DNA from: Candidatus Omnitrophota bacterium
GTDB lineage: Bacteria; Omnitrophota; Gorgyraeia; 1-14-0-20-64-10
Length of the DNA stretch: 64,000 nucleotides
Direction of reading: 5' to 3'
Assembly: GCA_023818695.1 (NCBI GenBank)
Contig: JAMWCF010000001.1
Coordinates: 3,538 to 67,537 of the forward strand
A program made the translations under genes and the position numbers. Below the pieces are notes generated by a model. It searched no databases. It was not told the origin of the DNA and saw only the letters and a program-made list of their open reading frames with translations. Shown here piece by piece: positions 29,875 through 39,309 of the stretch. The stretch's first letter is position 1; the number at the start of each line of letters is the position of its first letter.

Positions 29875-30765
29875 ATGACCCGTTTGACCCTCCCTTCCTA
29901 CGCGAAAGTGAACCTTTATCTGGATATTGTCGGCAGATACCCGGACGGCTATCACCAGCTTGTCACCCTTTTCGAGCGGATCGATCTGTCGGATGAGCTG
30001 ACGATGGAGACAGTCCGGGGAGATCGGGTGGATTTTTTCTGCGACCATCCGGATGTACCGACGGATACCTCCAATCTGGTGGTGCGGGCTGTGGAAAAGT
30101 ACCGCCAGGCGTCGGGATGGGACGCCGGATTGCGCATCACGCTGAAAAAACGGATCCCGGTCGGTGCCGGACTGGGCGGGGGGTCCTCCAATGCCGCGTC
30201 GGCTTTGAAAGGGGCCAACATCCTGGCCGGCAACCTGTTGCCGGAGGGGGAATTGTCCGGGATCGCCGGTCGGCTTGGAGCGGATGTCTCCTTCTTTTGG
30301 TCGCACCGCGCATGGGCATTGGGGACCGGCAAGGGGGACAGGATTGAGCCGGTGTCGATTTCGGCCCGCTTATGGCATCTCCTTGTCTATCCTTCAGTTC
30401 TGATTCCCACAAGGCAGGTTTACGAGGCCTTCAGCGTCTCCGATGGTCTGGCGCGGAGCTTGACAGCCAGCAAACCCGATGTTAAACTGCTCGTCGACGC
30501 CTTGAGAGACAATCAACAAGTGCCCAAAATCCGCAGATTTCTCTTCAATGCGCTGGAGCCCACCGTGGAGGCCCTGTATCCGGCCCTCCAGCATGTGAAG
30601 CAGACCATCCAGACAAAGGCAGAGCTTTCGAACCCCCTGATATCGGGATCCGGTTCGACCGTCATGGCTTTGTGCGGCTCTCGGGAGGAATCGGAAAAGG
30701 CGGCGTGGGCCATACGGCAAGCGGAGCCGGGGTGGGGGGTGTTTGTCGCCTCGACGAGGTCCTGA
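29875..30765 (+). CDS. ispE: 4-diphosphocytidyl-2-C-methyl-D-erythritol kinase
   Basis: AKVNLYL, IPVGAGLGGGSSNAA, GADV, SGSGST. Confidence 0.95.
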   Translation: MTRLTLPSYAKVNLYLDIVGRYPDGYHQLVTLFERIDLSDELTMETVRGDRVDFFCDHPDVPTDTSNLVVRAVEKYRQASGWDAGLRITLKKRIPVGAGLGGGSSNAASALKGANILAGNLLPEGELSGIAGRLGADVSFFWSHRAWALGTGKGDRIEPVSISARLWHLLVYPSVLIPTRQVYEAFSVSDGLARSLTASKPDVKLLVDALRDNQQVPKIRRFLFNALEPTVEALYPALQHVKQTIQTKAELSNPLISGSGSTVMALCGSREESEKAAWAIRQAEPGWGVFVASTRS

Positions 30766-30766
30766 C

Positions 30767-31165
30767 GTGGAAATCACCGACGTGAGGATTTTTCTTCAGC
30801 CCCGGGGAGACAACAAGCTCAAGGCATATGTGACGATCACGTTCGAAAATTCATTTGTTGTCAGAAATGTGAAGGTCATCGAAGGGACAAAAGGGCTTTT
30901 TGTGGCGATGCCCTCGGAACGGGTGAAGGAACCATGTCCGAAGTGCGGTTTCCGCAATGTGGTCCGCAGCAAGTTCTGCAATCAGTGCGGGGCCGGGTTG
31001 ACGCATCCTGGGCAGCATGAGGAACGGACGGGCGAGACGCCTGAAGAACGCCAGGCGGAGCATCGGGACATCGCCCATCCCATCACGATGGAATGCCGGG
31101 AATATATTCAAAAAAAGGTCCTCGACGCGTACGAGGCGGCCCGCAGCCAGTCACCAGAACAGTAG
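30767..31165 (+). CDS. spoVG: SpoVG family nucleic-acid-binding protein with zinc-ribbon insert
   Basis: EITDVRI, KLKAY, GLFVAMPS, DIAHPI; CPKC...CNQC insert. Confidence 0.92.
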   Translation: MEITDVRIFLQPRGDNKLKAYVTITFENSFVVRNVKVIEGTKGLFVAMPSERVKEPCPKCGFRNVVRSKFCNQCGAGLTHPGQHEERTGETPEERQAEHRDIAHPITMECREYIQKKVLDAYEAARSQSPEQ

Positions 31166-31213
31166 GTTCGGATTTCCTCGGCGGTGTTTCCGCATCCATT
31201 TGTCGCTCACCTG

Positions 31214-31284
31214 TGCCCTGTCGTCCAATGGTAGGACTCCAGATTTTGGGTCTGGTTATCCTGGTTCGAGTCCAGGCGGGGCAA
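31214..31284 (+). tRNA. tRNA-Gln (anticodon UUG); CCA not encoded
   Basis: Acceptor TGCCCTG/CGGGGCA; anticodon stem CCAGA-TTTTGGG-TCTGG; GGTTCGAGTCC T-arm. Confidence 0.95.
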
Positions 31285-31325
31285 CGAACTCGAACGAGGA
31301 TTTGGGGGAATAATAAGGAGTTGAG

Positions 31326-32579
31326 ATGACGTCGATGCGAGAAAGATGTTCATTTTGCGGCAGGGGCAGGGAGCGGATCCATAAACTCTTCAGCGGTCCC
31401 AGCGGGGTTTATATCTGTGATCTGTGCGTTAAGCTCTGCCACCAGATCCTGTCGAAGGAAGAGGATCTGACGAAAGTTCCCAAGAGGCCGCCGAGCATCA
31501 AGGATCTGCCGCCGCCGAGTGACATCAAACGTCAGCTGGACCAGCATATCATCGGCCAGGAGCGGGCCAAACGGCAGGTGTCGGTGGCCGTCTATAACCA
31601 TTACAAGCGGATTTGGGCGGCCCCCATGGTCAACGATGTAGAGCTGGAAAAATCCAACATCCTGTTCATCGGCCCGACCGGTTCAGGGAAGACCCTCATG
31701 GCCCGGACTTTGGCGAAGATTCTGGATGTGCCGTTCGCCCTGTGCGACGCCACGCCGTTGACGGAAGCCGGCTATGTGGGAGAGGACGTGGAGAATGTTT
31801 TGCTGCGGCTCCTGCAGAACTGCAATTTCGACATCAAGAGGGCGCAGACCGGCATCGTTTATATCGATGAGATCGACAAGATCGGCAAGACGCAGGACAA
31901 CGTCTCCATCACTCGGGATGTTTCCGGAGAGGGTGTCCAGCAGGCCCTGCTGAAGATCGTCGAAGGGACCGTCGCCAATGTTCCCCCGCAGGGCGGACGC
32001 AAACACCCCCAGGCGGAATACCTCCAGGTCGACACCTCCAACATCCTTTTCATCTGCGGCGGCACCTTCGTTGGCTTGGATAAGATCATCAGCCGGCGGA
32101 TCGGCAGAAAGGTGATCGGTTTCGACGGCGATTCGGACAATGCAGCGGACCGTATGGATGTGGGGGATTTGCTGGCGAAGGTGGAGCCCAGCGACCTCAT
32201 CCGGTACGGGATGATTCCCGAGTTCGTCGGGCGTTTTCCGATGGTCGCTTCGTTCAGGCCGCTGGGAGAGGAAGAGCTGATGGACGTGATGCTCAAGCCG
32301 AGAAACGCCATCATCCGGCAGTACATGAAGTTTTTCGAGCTGGAGAACGTGAAGCTCACCGTTCAGCCGGATGCGCTTCTGGCGATCGCGAGGGAGGCTC
32401 TGGCCAAGGAGACAGGGGCCAGGGCGATCCGGGCGATTTTGGAGGAGATCATGCTGGAAGTGATGTTCGACCTTCCCGGGCAGAAGGACGTGGCGGAATG
32501 CATTGTCACCGCGGAGTGCGTGACGCAGCGGTCGGCCCCGCTTTTGGTTTACCGCGACGGCAAGAGAGCGGTCGCCTAG
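31326..32579 (+). CDS. clpX: ATP-dependent Clp protease ATPase subunit
   Basis: CSFC..CDLC zinc domain, [21 protein letters not shown] and IGF loops. Confidence 0.97.
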   Translation: MTSMRERCSFCGRGRERIHKLFSGPSGVYICDLCVKLCHQILSKEEDLTKVPKRPPSIKDLPPPSDIKRQLDQHIIGQERAKRQVSVAVYNHYKRIWAAPMVNDVELEKSNILFIGPTGSGKTLMARTLAKILDVPFALCDATPLTEAGYVGEDVENVLLRLLQNCNFDIKRAQTGIVYIDEIDKIGKTQDNVSITRDVSGEGVQQALLKIVEGTVANVPPQGGRKHPQAEYLQVDTSNILFICGGTFVGLDKIISRRIGRKVIGFDGDSDNAADRMDVGDLLAKVEPSDLIRYGMIPEFVGRFPMVASFRPLGEEELMDVMLKPRNAIIRQYMKFFELENVKLTVQPDALLAIAREALAKETGARAIRAILEEIMLEVMFDLPGQKDVAECIVTAECVTQRSAPLLVYRDGKRAVA

Positions 32580-33803
32580 ATGTCCAGGAGGGCCTCGAGA
32601 AATCTGGCGGCTGTCGTTTTGGCGGCGGGAGACGGAACCCGCATGCTTTCCCGAATCCCCAAGGTCATCCACGCCCTTTACGGCAAGCCCCTGATCCATC
32701 ATGTGCTGGATGCTATCCGCAAGGCGGGCGTCCAGCAGATCGTTGTGGTGGTCGGCTACCGTTCCGACCTCGTGAGAAAGCAGTTGAGCGCCGGCGTCCA
32801 GACGGTGGTGCAGAAGCAGCTGAAAGGGACCGCCCACGCGGTGATGCAGGCAATGCCCCGGCTGAAAAATTTCCAGGGGGACATCATTGTTCTGTACGGC
32901 GATACGCCGCTCTTGACCGCCCAGACTGTGCAGGGACTGATCCAGACGCACCGCCGTCAGAAAGCGGTCTGCACCCTTTTGACCGCCCAGCTCAAAGATC
33001 CGGCGGGATACGGCAGGATCGTCCGGGACCAAACCGGCCGGATCGTTCGGATCGTCGAGGACGCCGATGCTTCGCAGGCCGAGAAAACGATCGAGGAGAT
33101 CAACGTCGGCGCTTATTGTTTCAACGCCAAGGCTCTGCGCCGGACATTAAAGCAGGTCAAGCCGGCTCCAAACGGGGAATATTATCTGACGGATACCGTC
33201 TCGCACTTGGTGAAGTCCGGGGCCGAACTGGCTTCCGCTTCGACCCGTTCGGTCGGGGAGTTTATGGGCATCAACACCCGCGCGGATCTGGCGAGGGTCC
33301 AGACGATCATGCGCAGCCGGATCCTTGAAAAGTTCATGTTGAGGGGGGTGACGATCGTCGACCCCTACACCACCTACATTGACGGTTCCGCCACGATCGG
33401 TCAGGACACGGTGGTCTATCCCCACACCGTCATAGAAAAAGGGGTGCGTATCGGGAGAGGATGCCATCTGGGCCCCTTCTGCCGGGTGGGATCCAATTCG
33501 ACCCTAGCCGACGGCGTTTTTGTGGGGAACTTCGTGGAGCTCTCGAACTGCGCGGTCGGCAGGAACAGCAAGATCTTCCAGCATAGTTTCATTTCCAACA
33601 CGTCGATCGGGCGGGATGTGCAGATCGGGGCCGGAACGGTGACCGTTTCGCCCAACGGCATGTGGGAAGGGCTTCGGAATAGAAGGAGAATCCGGATCGG
33701 GGACAGGGCGCATATCCAGGGAGGGTCCCTTTTTCTGGGGCCCGCGTTTATTAAACCCGGCGAGGTGGTAAAGGCCGGTTCGGCGGTAAGGAGCGGTTCA
33801 TGA
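32580..33803 (+). CDS. glmU: GlmU-like UDP-GlcNAc pyrophosphorylase with degenerate, shortened acetyltransferase domain
   Basis: LAAGDGTRM..PKV, GEYYLTD, hexapeptide repeats; position before prs. Confidence 0.85.
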   Translation: MSRRASRNLAAVVLAAGDGTRMLSRIPKVIHALYGKPLIHHVLDAIRKAGVQQIVVVVGYRSDLVRKQLSAGVQTVVQKQLKGTAHAVMQAMPRLKNFQGDIIVLYGDTPLLTAQTVQGLIQTHRRQKAVCTLLTAQLKDPAGYGRIVRDQTGRIVRIVEDADASQAEKTIEEINVGAYCFNAKALRRTLKQVKPAPNGEYYLTDTVSHLVKSGAELASASTRSVGEFMGINTRADLARVQTIMRSRILEKFMLRGVTIVDPYTTYIDGSATIGQDTVVYPHTVIEKGVRIGRGCHLGPFCRVGSNSTLADGVFVGNFVELSNCAVGRNSKIFQHSFISNTSIGRDVQIGAGTVTVSPNGMWEGLRNRRRIRIGDRAHIQGGSLFLGPAFIKPGEVVKAGSAVRSGS

Positions 33804-34843
33804 GCGATAAGAAAGAGTCCCCTGTTCTGATCACCGGGAACGCCCACCCGCAGTTCGCCAAGCGGGTTGCGCAGGGTTTGGGGGTCTCCCTTTCCGACGC
33901 CCTGGTGGGGCGCTTTAGCGAAGGTGAGATTCGGGTCAAGGTCAACCACAACGTCCGCGGAAGGGATGTTTTCGTGATTCAGCCAACCTGTCCGCCGGTC
34001 AACGATCATCTGATGGAGTTGTTGATCATCATCGACGCCCTGAAAAGGGCCTCGGCCAGAAGGATCACCGCGGTGCTGCCCTATTACGGCTACGCGCGCC
34101 AAGACAGGAAGGACCAGCCCCGCGTTCCGATCACCGCCAAGCTGGTGGCGAACCTGATCACCGTTTCCGGCGCCGACAGGGTTTTGACGATGGATCTTCA
34201 CGCGGGACAGATTCAGGGGTTCTTTGATATCCCTCTGGACCACCTCTTTGCCGTGAACGCTTTCGTGGATTATTTCACATCCGAGCGGCTGATTCCCAAC
34301 CTGGTCGTGGTCTCGCCGGACGTGGGGGGGATCAAAATGGCGCGGGCTTACGCGAAACGGCTCAAGGCCGATCTCGCGATGGTGGACAAGCGCCGGATCA
34401 ACTCGGAAGAAACGGAAGCCCTGGATATCATGGGGGAGGTCAAGGGGAAAAACGTCCTGATCGTCGACGACCTGGTTTCGACGGCCGGCTCTCTGGTACA
34501 GGCCGTCAGGGCCTTGAAGGAGGCCGGTGCCCTCGACATTTACGCCGCCATCAGCCACCCAGTCCTTTCCGGGCCGGCTCCACAGCGGCTGGCGGCCTCT
34601 TCCCTGAAGGAGCTGGTGGTCACCGATTCGATTCCTATTCCAAAAGAGCGGCTTTTAGATAAAATTAAGGTTCTTTCCGTCGCCCCCATGTTCGCGGAAG
34701 CGATCCGACGGATCCACTGCGAGGAATCGATCAGCGGGCTCTTTCATGAGCATTGGGAAGAAGGCGGGAAGAAAGAGGAAAAAGGGCCTCCGAAGCGCTC
34801 TTCGCCGGGAAAAGGGGCGAAGCAGCAGCCGGTGAGGCATTAA
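33800..34843 (+). CDS. prs: Ribose-phosphate pyrophosphokinase
   Basis: YYGYARQDRK, DLHAGQIQGFF, VSPDVGG, IVDDLVSTAG. Confidence 0.97.
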   Translation: MSDKKESPVLITGNAHPQFAKRVAQGLGVSLSDALVGRFSEGEIRVKVNHNVRGRDVFVIQPTCPPVNDHLMELLIIIDALKRASARRITAVLPYYGYARQDRKDQPRVPITAKLVANLITVSGADRVLTMDLHAGQIQGFFDIPLDHLFAVNAFVDYFTSERLIPNLVVVSPDVGGIKMARAYAKRLKADLAMVDKRRINSEETEALDIMGEVKGKNVLIVDDLVSTAGSLVQAVRALKEAGALDIYAAISHPVLSGPAPQRLAASSLKELVVTDSIPIPKERLLDKIKVLSVAPMFAEAIRRIHCEESISGLFHEHWEEGGKKEEKGPPKRSSPGKGAKQQPVRH

Positions 34844-34870
34844 CACAGAAAGAGTGAAGCGGGTAAAGCC

Positions 34871-35617
34871 ATGGCACAGCAAACGGAAAAGATAACTCTC
34901 AACGCGGACGTCCGTAAAAAGGTCGGGACCAGCGGTTCGAGGGATTTGCGCCGGGAAGGGAAGATCCCCGGGATTCTTTACGGCGAAGGCGGCGTGTTGG
35001 TCCCGATAGGCGTCCAGAGGAAGGATCTGCAGCAGGTTCTGCACACCAAGGCGGGCGAGAACGTTCTCATATCATTGAAGATCAAGGGCGATACCAAGGC
35101 CCCGGAGAGCGTTGTTCTCATTAAGGAGCTTCAGCACCATCCGGTGACGCACGATATTTTGCACGTCGATTTTTACCGGGTTTCACTGACCAAGAAGATC
35201 CATGTCACCGTGCCGCTCTCCTTCAAGGGAGAGGCGCCCGGCGTCAAGGTGGGAGGGGGCGTTTTGGAACACCTGCGTTGGGAAGTGGAAGTGGAGTGCC
35301 TGCCGACGGACATTCCGAACGAAATTCCGGTCGATATCTCCGGTCTGGAGCTTAACAAGCACATCGAAGCGAAGGATATGCTGGTTCCAGCCGGCGTCAA
35401 ACTTATGTTGGAGCCGGAAACCCCAATCATCGGCTGCGTTCTGCCGAAGCTGGAAGAGGTTTCTGCGGCGGTGGAGGGAGAACCGGCGGAGCCGGAAGTG
35501 ATCACGGAGAAGAAGCCGGAAGAGGGAGTGGAACAGCCGCCTGCCGGGGAGAAGGGCAAGGAAGAGAAGGCGGTTTCCAAGAAGGAAGAGAAACCGGCTA
35601 AAGAGGAAAAGAAGTAG
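34871..35617 (+). CDS. rplY: 50S ribosomal protein L25/Ctc
   Basis: LRREGKIPGILYG, HVDF, GVKVGGG, acidic tail. Confidence 0.95.
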   Translation: MAQQTEKITLNADVRKKVGTSGSRDLRREGKIPGILYGEGGVLVPIGVQRKDLQQVLHTKAGENVLISLKIKGDTKAPESVVLIKELQHHPVTHDILHVDFYRVSLTKKIHVTVPLSFKGEAPGVKVGGGVLEHLRWEVEVECLPTDIPNEIPVDISGLELNKHIEAKDMLVPAGVKLMLEPETPIIGCVLPKLEEVSAAVEGEPAEPEVITEKKPEEGVEQPPAGEKGKEEKAVSKKEEKPAKEEKK

Positions 35618-35625
35618 CCTTCCGA

Positions 35626-36207
35626 GTGAAGCTGATTGTTGGATTGGGCAATCCGGGCGCCCGTTACGAGGAAACCAGACACAACATCGGTTTTACCATC
35701 GTGAGCCGGCTTTCCAAGCGGTGGGCCATCCCCCTGAAAAAAGAGCTGTGCCGGGCAAAGGTCGGGCGGGGAACAGTCGGCTCGGACGATGTGGCGCTGG
35801 CGCTTCCGCAGACCATGATGAACGCCTCCGGTGATTCGGTGGAGCCCTTGCGCCGGCATTGGAATATTTCGCTGGCGGACATCCTGGTTGTGTATGATGA
35901 TAAAGACCTGCCCCTTGGTGTCGTCCGGTTGCGTCCGAAAGGATCGGACGGAGGGCACAAAGGGCTGGCATCCGTCATCCGCGCCGTCGGAACCGAGGAG
36001 ATTCCACGGCTGCGGGTTGGGATCGGTTCCCCGGATTCGCAGGATACCGTTGATCATGTTCTGACGCCCTTTCATCCATCCGAGAAAAAGGCGATGGAAA
36101 AAATCGCGGAACGGGTCGAGGAGGCCTGCGAAATGTGGCTGTCCCAGGGAATGACGGCGGCCATGAACCTTTTTAACAAGAAAGAACCGGATAATCAGGG
36201 GCGGTAG
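35626..36207 (+). CDS. pth: Peptidyl-tRNA hydrolase
   Basis: LIVGLGNPG, TRHNIGF, GGHKGL, RLRVGIG. Confidence 0.97.
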   Translation: MKLIVGLGNPGARYEETRHNIGFTIVSRLSKRWAIPLKKELCRAKVGRGTVGSDDVALALPQTMMNASGDSVEPLRRHWNISLADILVVYDDKDLPLGVVRLRPKGSDGGHKGLASVIRAVGTEEIPRLRVGIGSPDSQDTVDHVLTPFHPSEKKAMEKIAERVEEACEMWLSQGMTAAMNLFNKKEPDNQGR

Positions 36208-36229
36208 CGTTGTTTGTTAAGGAGAACTG

Positions 36230-36634
36230 GTGGCGATGAGGAAATATGAACTGTTGTTTATTTTGAAGCCGACGTTGCAGGACGATCAGACGGCCGCTTT
36301 CCAGGGCCAGGTATCGAGCGCTGTGAGTCGGGCGAAGGGACGGATTCTGGAAGGGGCCGTTTTGGGCAAGAGGAAGTTGAGTTATCCCATCGCCAATGCG
36401 GGGGAGGGGATTTACCTTTTGGTCAAGTGCGAACTGGAGGCCGATCAGATCGCTGGTTTGGAGAAATCTTTAAAAGTGATGGATGGAGTCCTTCGCCTTT
36501 TGGTCACCCGCGACACCGGGATCGCGACGCCGCCCCCTTTGAGTGAGGAGGTGTCCACCCCAAAGGCGGAGGGGAGCGAATTTGAACAGGAGGCCGCAAC
36601 TCGTCGCGTCGAAGGGACAGCCTCGCAGACTTAG
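36230..36634 (+). CDS. rpsF: 30S ribosomal protein S6
   Basis: MRKYELLFILKP, GKRKLSYPI; precedes ssb. Confidence 0.92.
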   Translation: MAMRKYELLFILKPTLQDDQTAAFQGQVSSAVSRAKGRILEGAVLGKRKLSYPIANAGEGIYLLVKCELEADQIAGLEKSLKVMDGVLRLLVTRDTGIATPPPLSEEVSTPKAEGSEFEQEAATRRVEGTASQT

Positions 36635-36651
36635 GTTTTCGGGAGGATGAG

Positions 36652-37131
36652 ATGGCGAATCTGAACAAAGTGTTTTTGATCGGCAATTTAACGCGGGATC
36701 CCGAATTGCGGTACATTCCCAGCGGCACAGCCGTGGCGACCTTTACTTTGGCGACGGGCCGCGTTTACACGATGGCATCGGGTGAAAAACGGGAAGAGAC
36801 CTGCTTCGTCCGCTGTGTCGCGTGGGCCAGACAGGCGGAGCTGTGCGGCGAGTATTTGTCCAAGGGGTCCCCTGTTTTTGTGGAGGGGCGCCTCCAGAGC
36901 CGGTCGTGGGAGTCGCCGGATGGTCAGAAGAGATCCACGATCGAAGTCGTCATTCAGAATATTCAGTTTTTGGGAAGGGGTCCGGCAAAGGGAGCCGCCG
37001 GAGAAGCGGTATCCACGGAAGAGCCGGTCGGAGCGGGCCGGGAGGCCGTATCCCCGGCGGGAGAACCAGCCGGGATTTCAGAGATCTCGGAAGCGCCCCC
37101 GGAGGGGGATGAGGGAGAGGTGCCTTTCTAA
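36652..37131 (+). CDS. ssb: Single-stranded DNA-binding protein
   Basis: [17 protein letters not shown]; acidic EVPF tail. Confidence 0.97.
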   Translation: MANLNKVFLIGNLTRDPELRYIPSGTAVATFTLATGRVYTMASGEKREETCFVRCVAWARQAELCGEYLSKGSPVFVEGRLQSRSWESPDGQKRSTIEVVIQNIQFLGRGPAKGAAGEAVSTEEPVGAGREAVSPAGEPAGISEISEAPPEGDEGEVPF

Positions 37132-37400
37132 TGGGAAAAGTGATGGAACGACGCCGTCATCCGACGGACGAGGCATTGGAGAAAAAAAAGCCGTTCCGGA
37201 AGAAGGTCTGCAAATTCTGTCTGGACCGGGTCGAGAGGGTCGATTATCGCGACGCCCTTCGCCTGGCTAAATTTACTTCCGAGCGGGGGAAGATTCTTCC
37301 CCGCCGCGTTTCCGGCACCTGTGCTCATCACCAGCGCCAGTTGTCGAAGGCCATCAAGCGGGCCAGGGTCATCGCCCTGTCTCCGTTCAGCGCCACCTGA
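37131..37400 (+). CDS. rpsR: 30S ribosomal protein S18 (zinc-binding type)
   Basis: [26 protein letters not shown]. Confidence 0.96.
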   Translation: MGKVMERRRHPTDEALEKKKPFRKKVCKFCLDRVERVDYRDALRLAKFTSERGKILPRRVSGTCAHHQRQLSKAIKRARVIALSPFSAT

Positions 37401-37458
37401 TCTTTTCGTTCCGGCCGGAGAGGCCGGTTCCGACACCTCATCATAAGGAGATCATCCG

Positions 37459-37905
37459 GTGGATCTCATATTGCTCAAGGACGTCGCAACGCTCGGGAAG
37501 ACGGGACAGAAGGTTTCCGTGAAAGACGGGTACGCCAGGAATTTCCTGATTCCAAACGGCTTGGCTGTTCCGGCGACCGGCTCCCAGCAGAAGCAGGTCG
37601 CTTCCCTCCTGGCTGCCCGGGAGAAGAAAGCGGTTGGTCTGCTGGAAAAAGCGAAAAAAACGGCCAAACAGATAGAGAACGCGCCGTGCGCCATCTCCGT
37701 GTCGGTGGGGCAGCAGGGGAAGATGCACGGGGCGGTGACCGCCGCCGACATCGCCGCAGTCTTGAAAGAGAAAGGTTTCTCCGTGGACAAGCATCAGATC
37801 CTCTTGGATGCTCCCCTGTCCACCATCGGGACGTATGCCGTTTCCGTGAAACTGCACCAGGATGTGACGGCGGTCCTCCGGCTGGATTTAGTCGCGAAGT
37901 CGTAA
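37459..37905 (+). CDS. rplI: 50S ribosomal protein L9
   Basis: LGKTGQKVSVKDGYARNFLIP. Confidence 0.96.
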   Translation: MDLILLKDVATLGKTGQKVSVKDGYARNFLIPNGLAVPATGSQQKQVASLLAAREKKAVGLLEKAKKTAKQIENAPCAISVSVGQQGKMHGAVTAADIAAVLKEKGFSVDKHQILLDAPLSTIGTYAVSVKLHQDVTAVLRLDLVAKS

Positions 37906-37906
37906 C

Positions 37907-39250
37907 ATGCCGACCCTCGAACAGATAACGGAAAAGGTTCCCCCGCAAAACGTCGAAGCGGAGATGGCCGTCCTTGGTTCGATGCTCATCGACGAAAACG
38001 CCGTGCCCCCCGCGGTGGAGCTCCTGAACCCATCCTCGTTCTATAAGGAATCCCACAGGAAAATTTTTGAGGCCATGACAAGCCTCTTTTCCCAGCAGAA
38101 GGCCGTCGACCTAGTCACGGTTACGGAGACTTTAAAGGCCGACGGCCTCCTGGAAAGCGTCGGAGGTGCCCACTACCTGGCTTCCCTGACGACGGTCGTT
38201 CCGACCACGGCGAATGTTCAGCATTACATCAAAATCGTTCGGGAAAAGGCGGTTCTGCGGGCGCTGATCTCCACCGGCACGCAGATCGTCAGCGAATGCT
38301 ACGAGAACCAGGATGACGTGGAGATTTTAGTCGACAAAGCCGAACAGCTCTTGTTTGATCTGGCGACGCGCAGCGATAGTTCTGACGCCACTTTGGTCAA
38401 GGAGCTGCTGCATGACTCCATGGAGACGCTTGAACGGCTTTCCCAGCGCAAGGATCTGGTCACGGGAGTTCCGACCGGCTTCCATGATCTGGATGTCCAA
38501 ACGGCGGGACTGCAGCCGGGCGATCTGATCATTGTCGCCGGCCGGCCGTCGATGGGGAAGTCGGCTTTGGTGACCTGCATAGCGGAGCATGTGGGGGTTA
38601 TCGAGAGGATCCCGGTCATCATCTTCAGTCTGGAGATGTCGAAAGAGCAGCTGGTTCATCGGCTGCTGTGTTCGCACAGCCGCGTGGACGTGCATAAAGC
38701 CAGAACCGGTTTCCTCGCGCAGGCCGACTGGCGGAATTTGAGCAGTGCCGCAGGGAAGCTGTCGGAGGCTCCTATCCTGATCGACGACACTCCCGCTATG
38801 TCCGTTCTGGAGCTCCGGGCGAAAGCCAGGAGATTAAAGGCCAAGCATCGGATCGGCCTGATCATCGTCGATTACCTGCAGATGATGCGGGGACCCGGCC
38901 GTTTTGAGAACCGCCAGCAGGAGATCTCGGAGATCTCCAGGTCGCTCAAGGCGCTGGCGAAGGAACTGCATCTTCCGGTGATCGCGGTCAGCCAGCTCTC
39001 CAGGGCCCCGGAACAGCGGGAAGACCGCCGTCCCCAGCTTTCGGACCTGCGGGAGTCCGGGGCGATTGAACAGGATGCCGATCTGGTTCTCCTGCTCTAC
39101 CGGGAGGAGGTTTACCGGCCCTCCGAAGACAACAAGGGGATGGCCGAGCTGATTATCGCCAAGCAGAGGAATGGTCCCATCGGCACGGTTCCAATGGCTT
39201 TCATGAAGGAATCGACCCGGTTCGAGAATCTCTCCCTCCGCCACACCTAA
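37907..39250 (+). CDS. dnaB: Replicative DNA helicase
   Basis: PPQNVEAE, GRPSMGKS, SDLRESGAIEQDAD, KQRNGP. Confidence 0.98.
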   Translation: MPTLEQITEKVPPQNVEAEMAVLGSMLIDENAVPPAVELLNPSSFYKESHRKIFEAMTSLFSQQKAVDLVTVTETLKADGLLESVGGAHYLASLTTVVPTTANVQHYIKIVREKAVLRALISTGTQIVSECYENQDDVEILVDKAEQLLFDLATRSDSSDATLVKELLHDSMETLERLSQRKDLVTGVPTGFHDLDVQTAGLQPGDLIIVAGRPSMGKSALVTCIAEHVGVIERIPVIIFSLEMSKEQLVHRLLCSHSRVDVHKARTGFLAQADWRNLSSAAGKLSEAPILIDDTPAMSVLELRAKARRLKAKHRIGLIIVDYLQMMRGPGRFENRQQEISEISRSLKALAKELHLPVIAVSQLSRAPEQREDRRPQLSDLRESGAIEQDADLVLLLYREEVYRPSEDNKGMAELIIAKQRNGPIGTVPMAFMKESTRFENLSLRHT

Positions 39251-39309
39251 CCTCATGCTGTAGAAGAGGTTGTCTTTCCATTCCGGCTGTGTTAAAGTAC
39301 CCCACATAG

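Noticed and set aside
31214-31325. Integrative element at tRNA-Gln
   Set aside because: No integrase and no duplicated tRNA 3' end seen in the window
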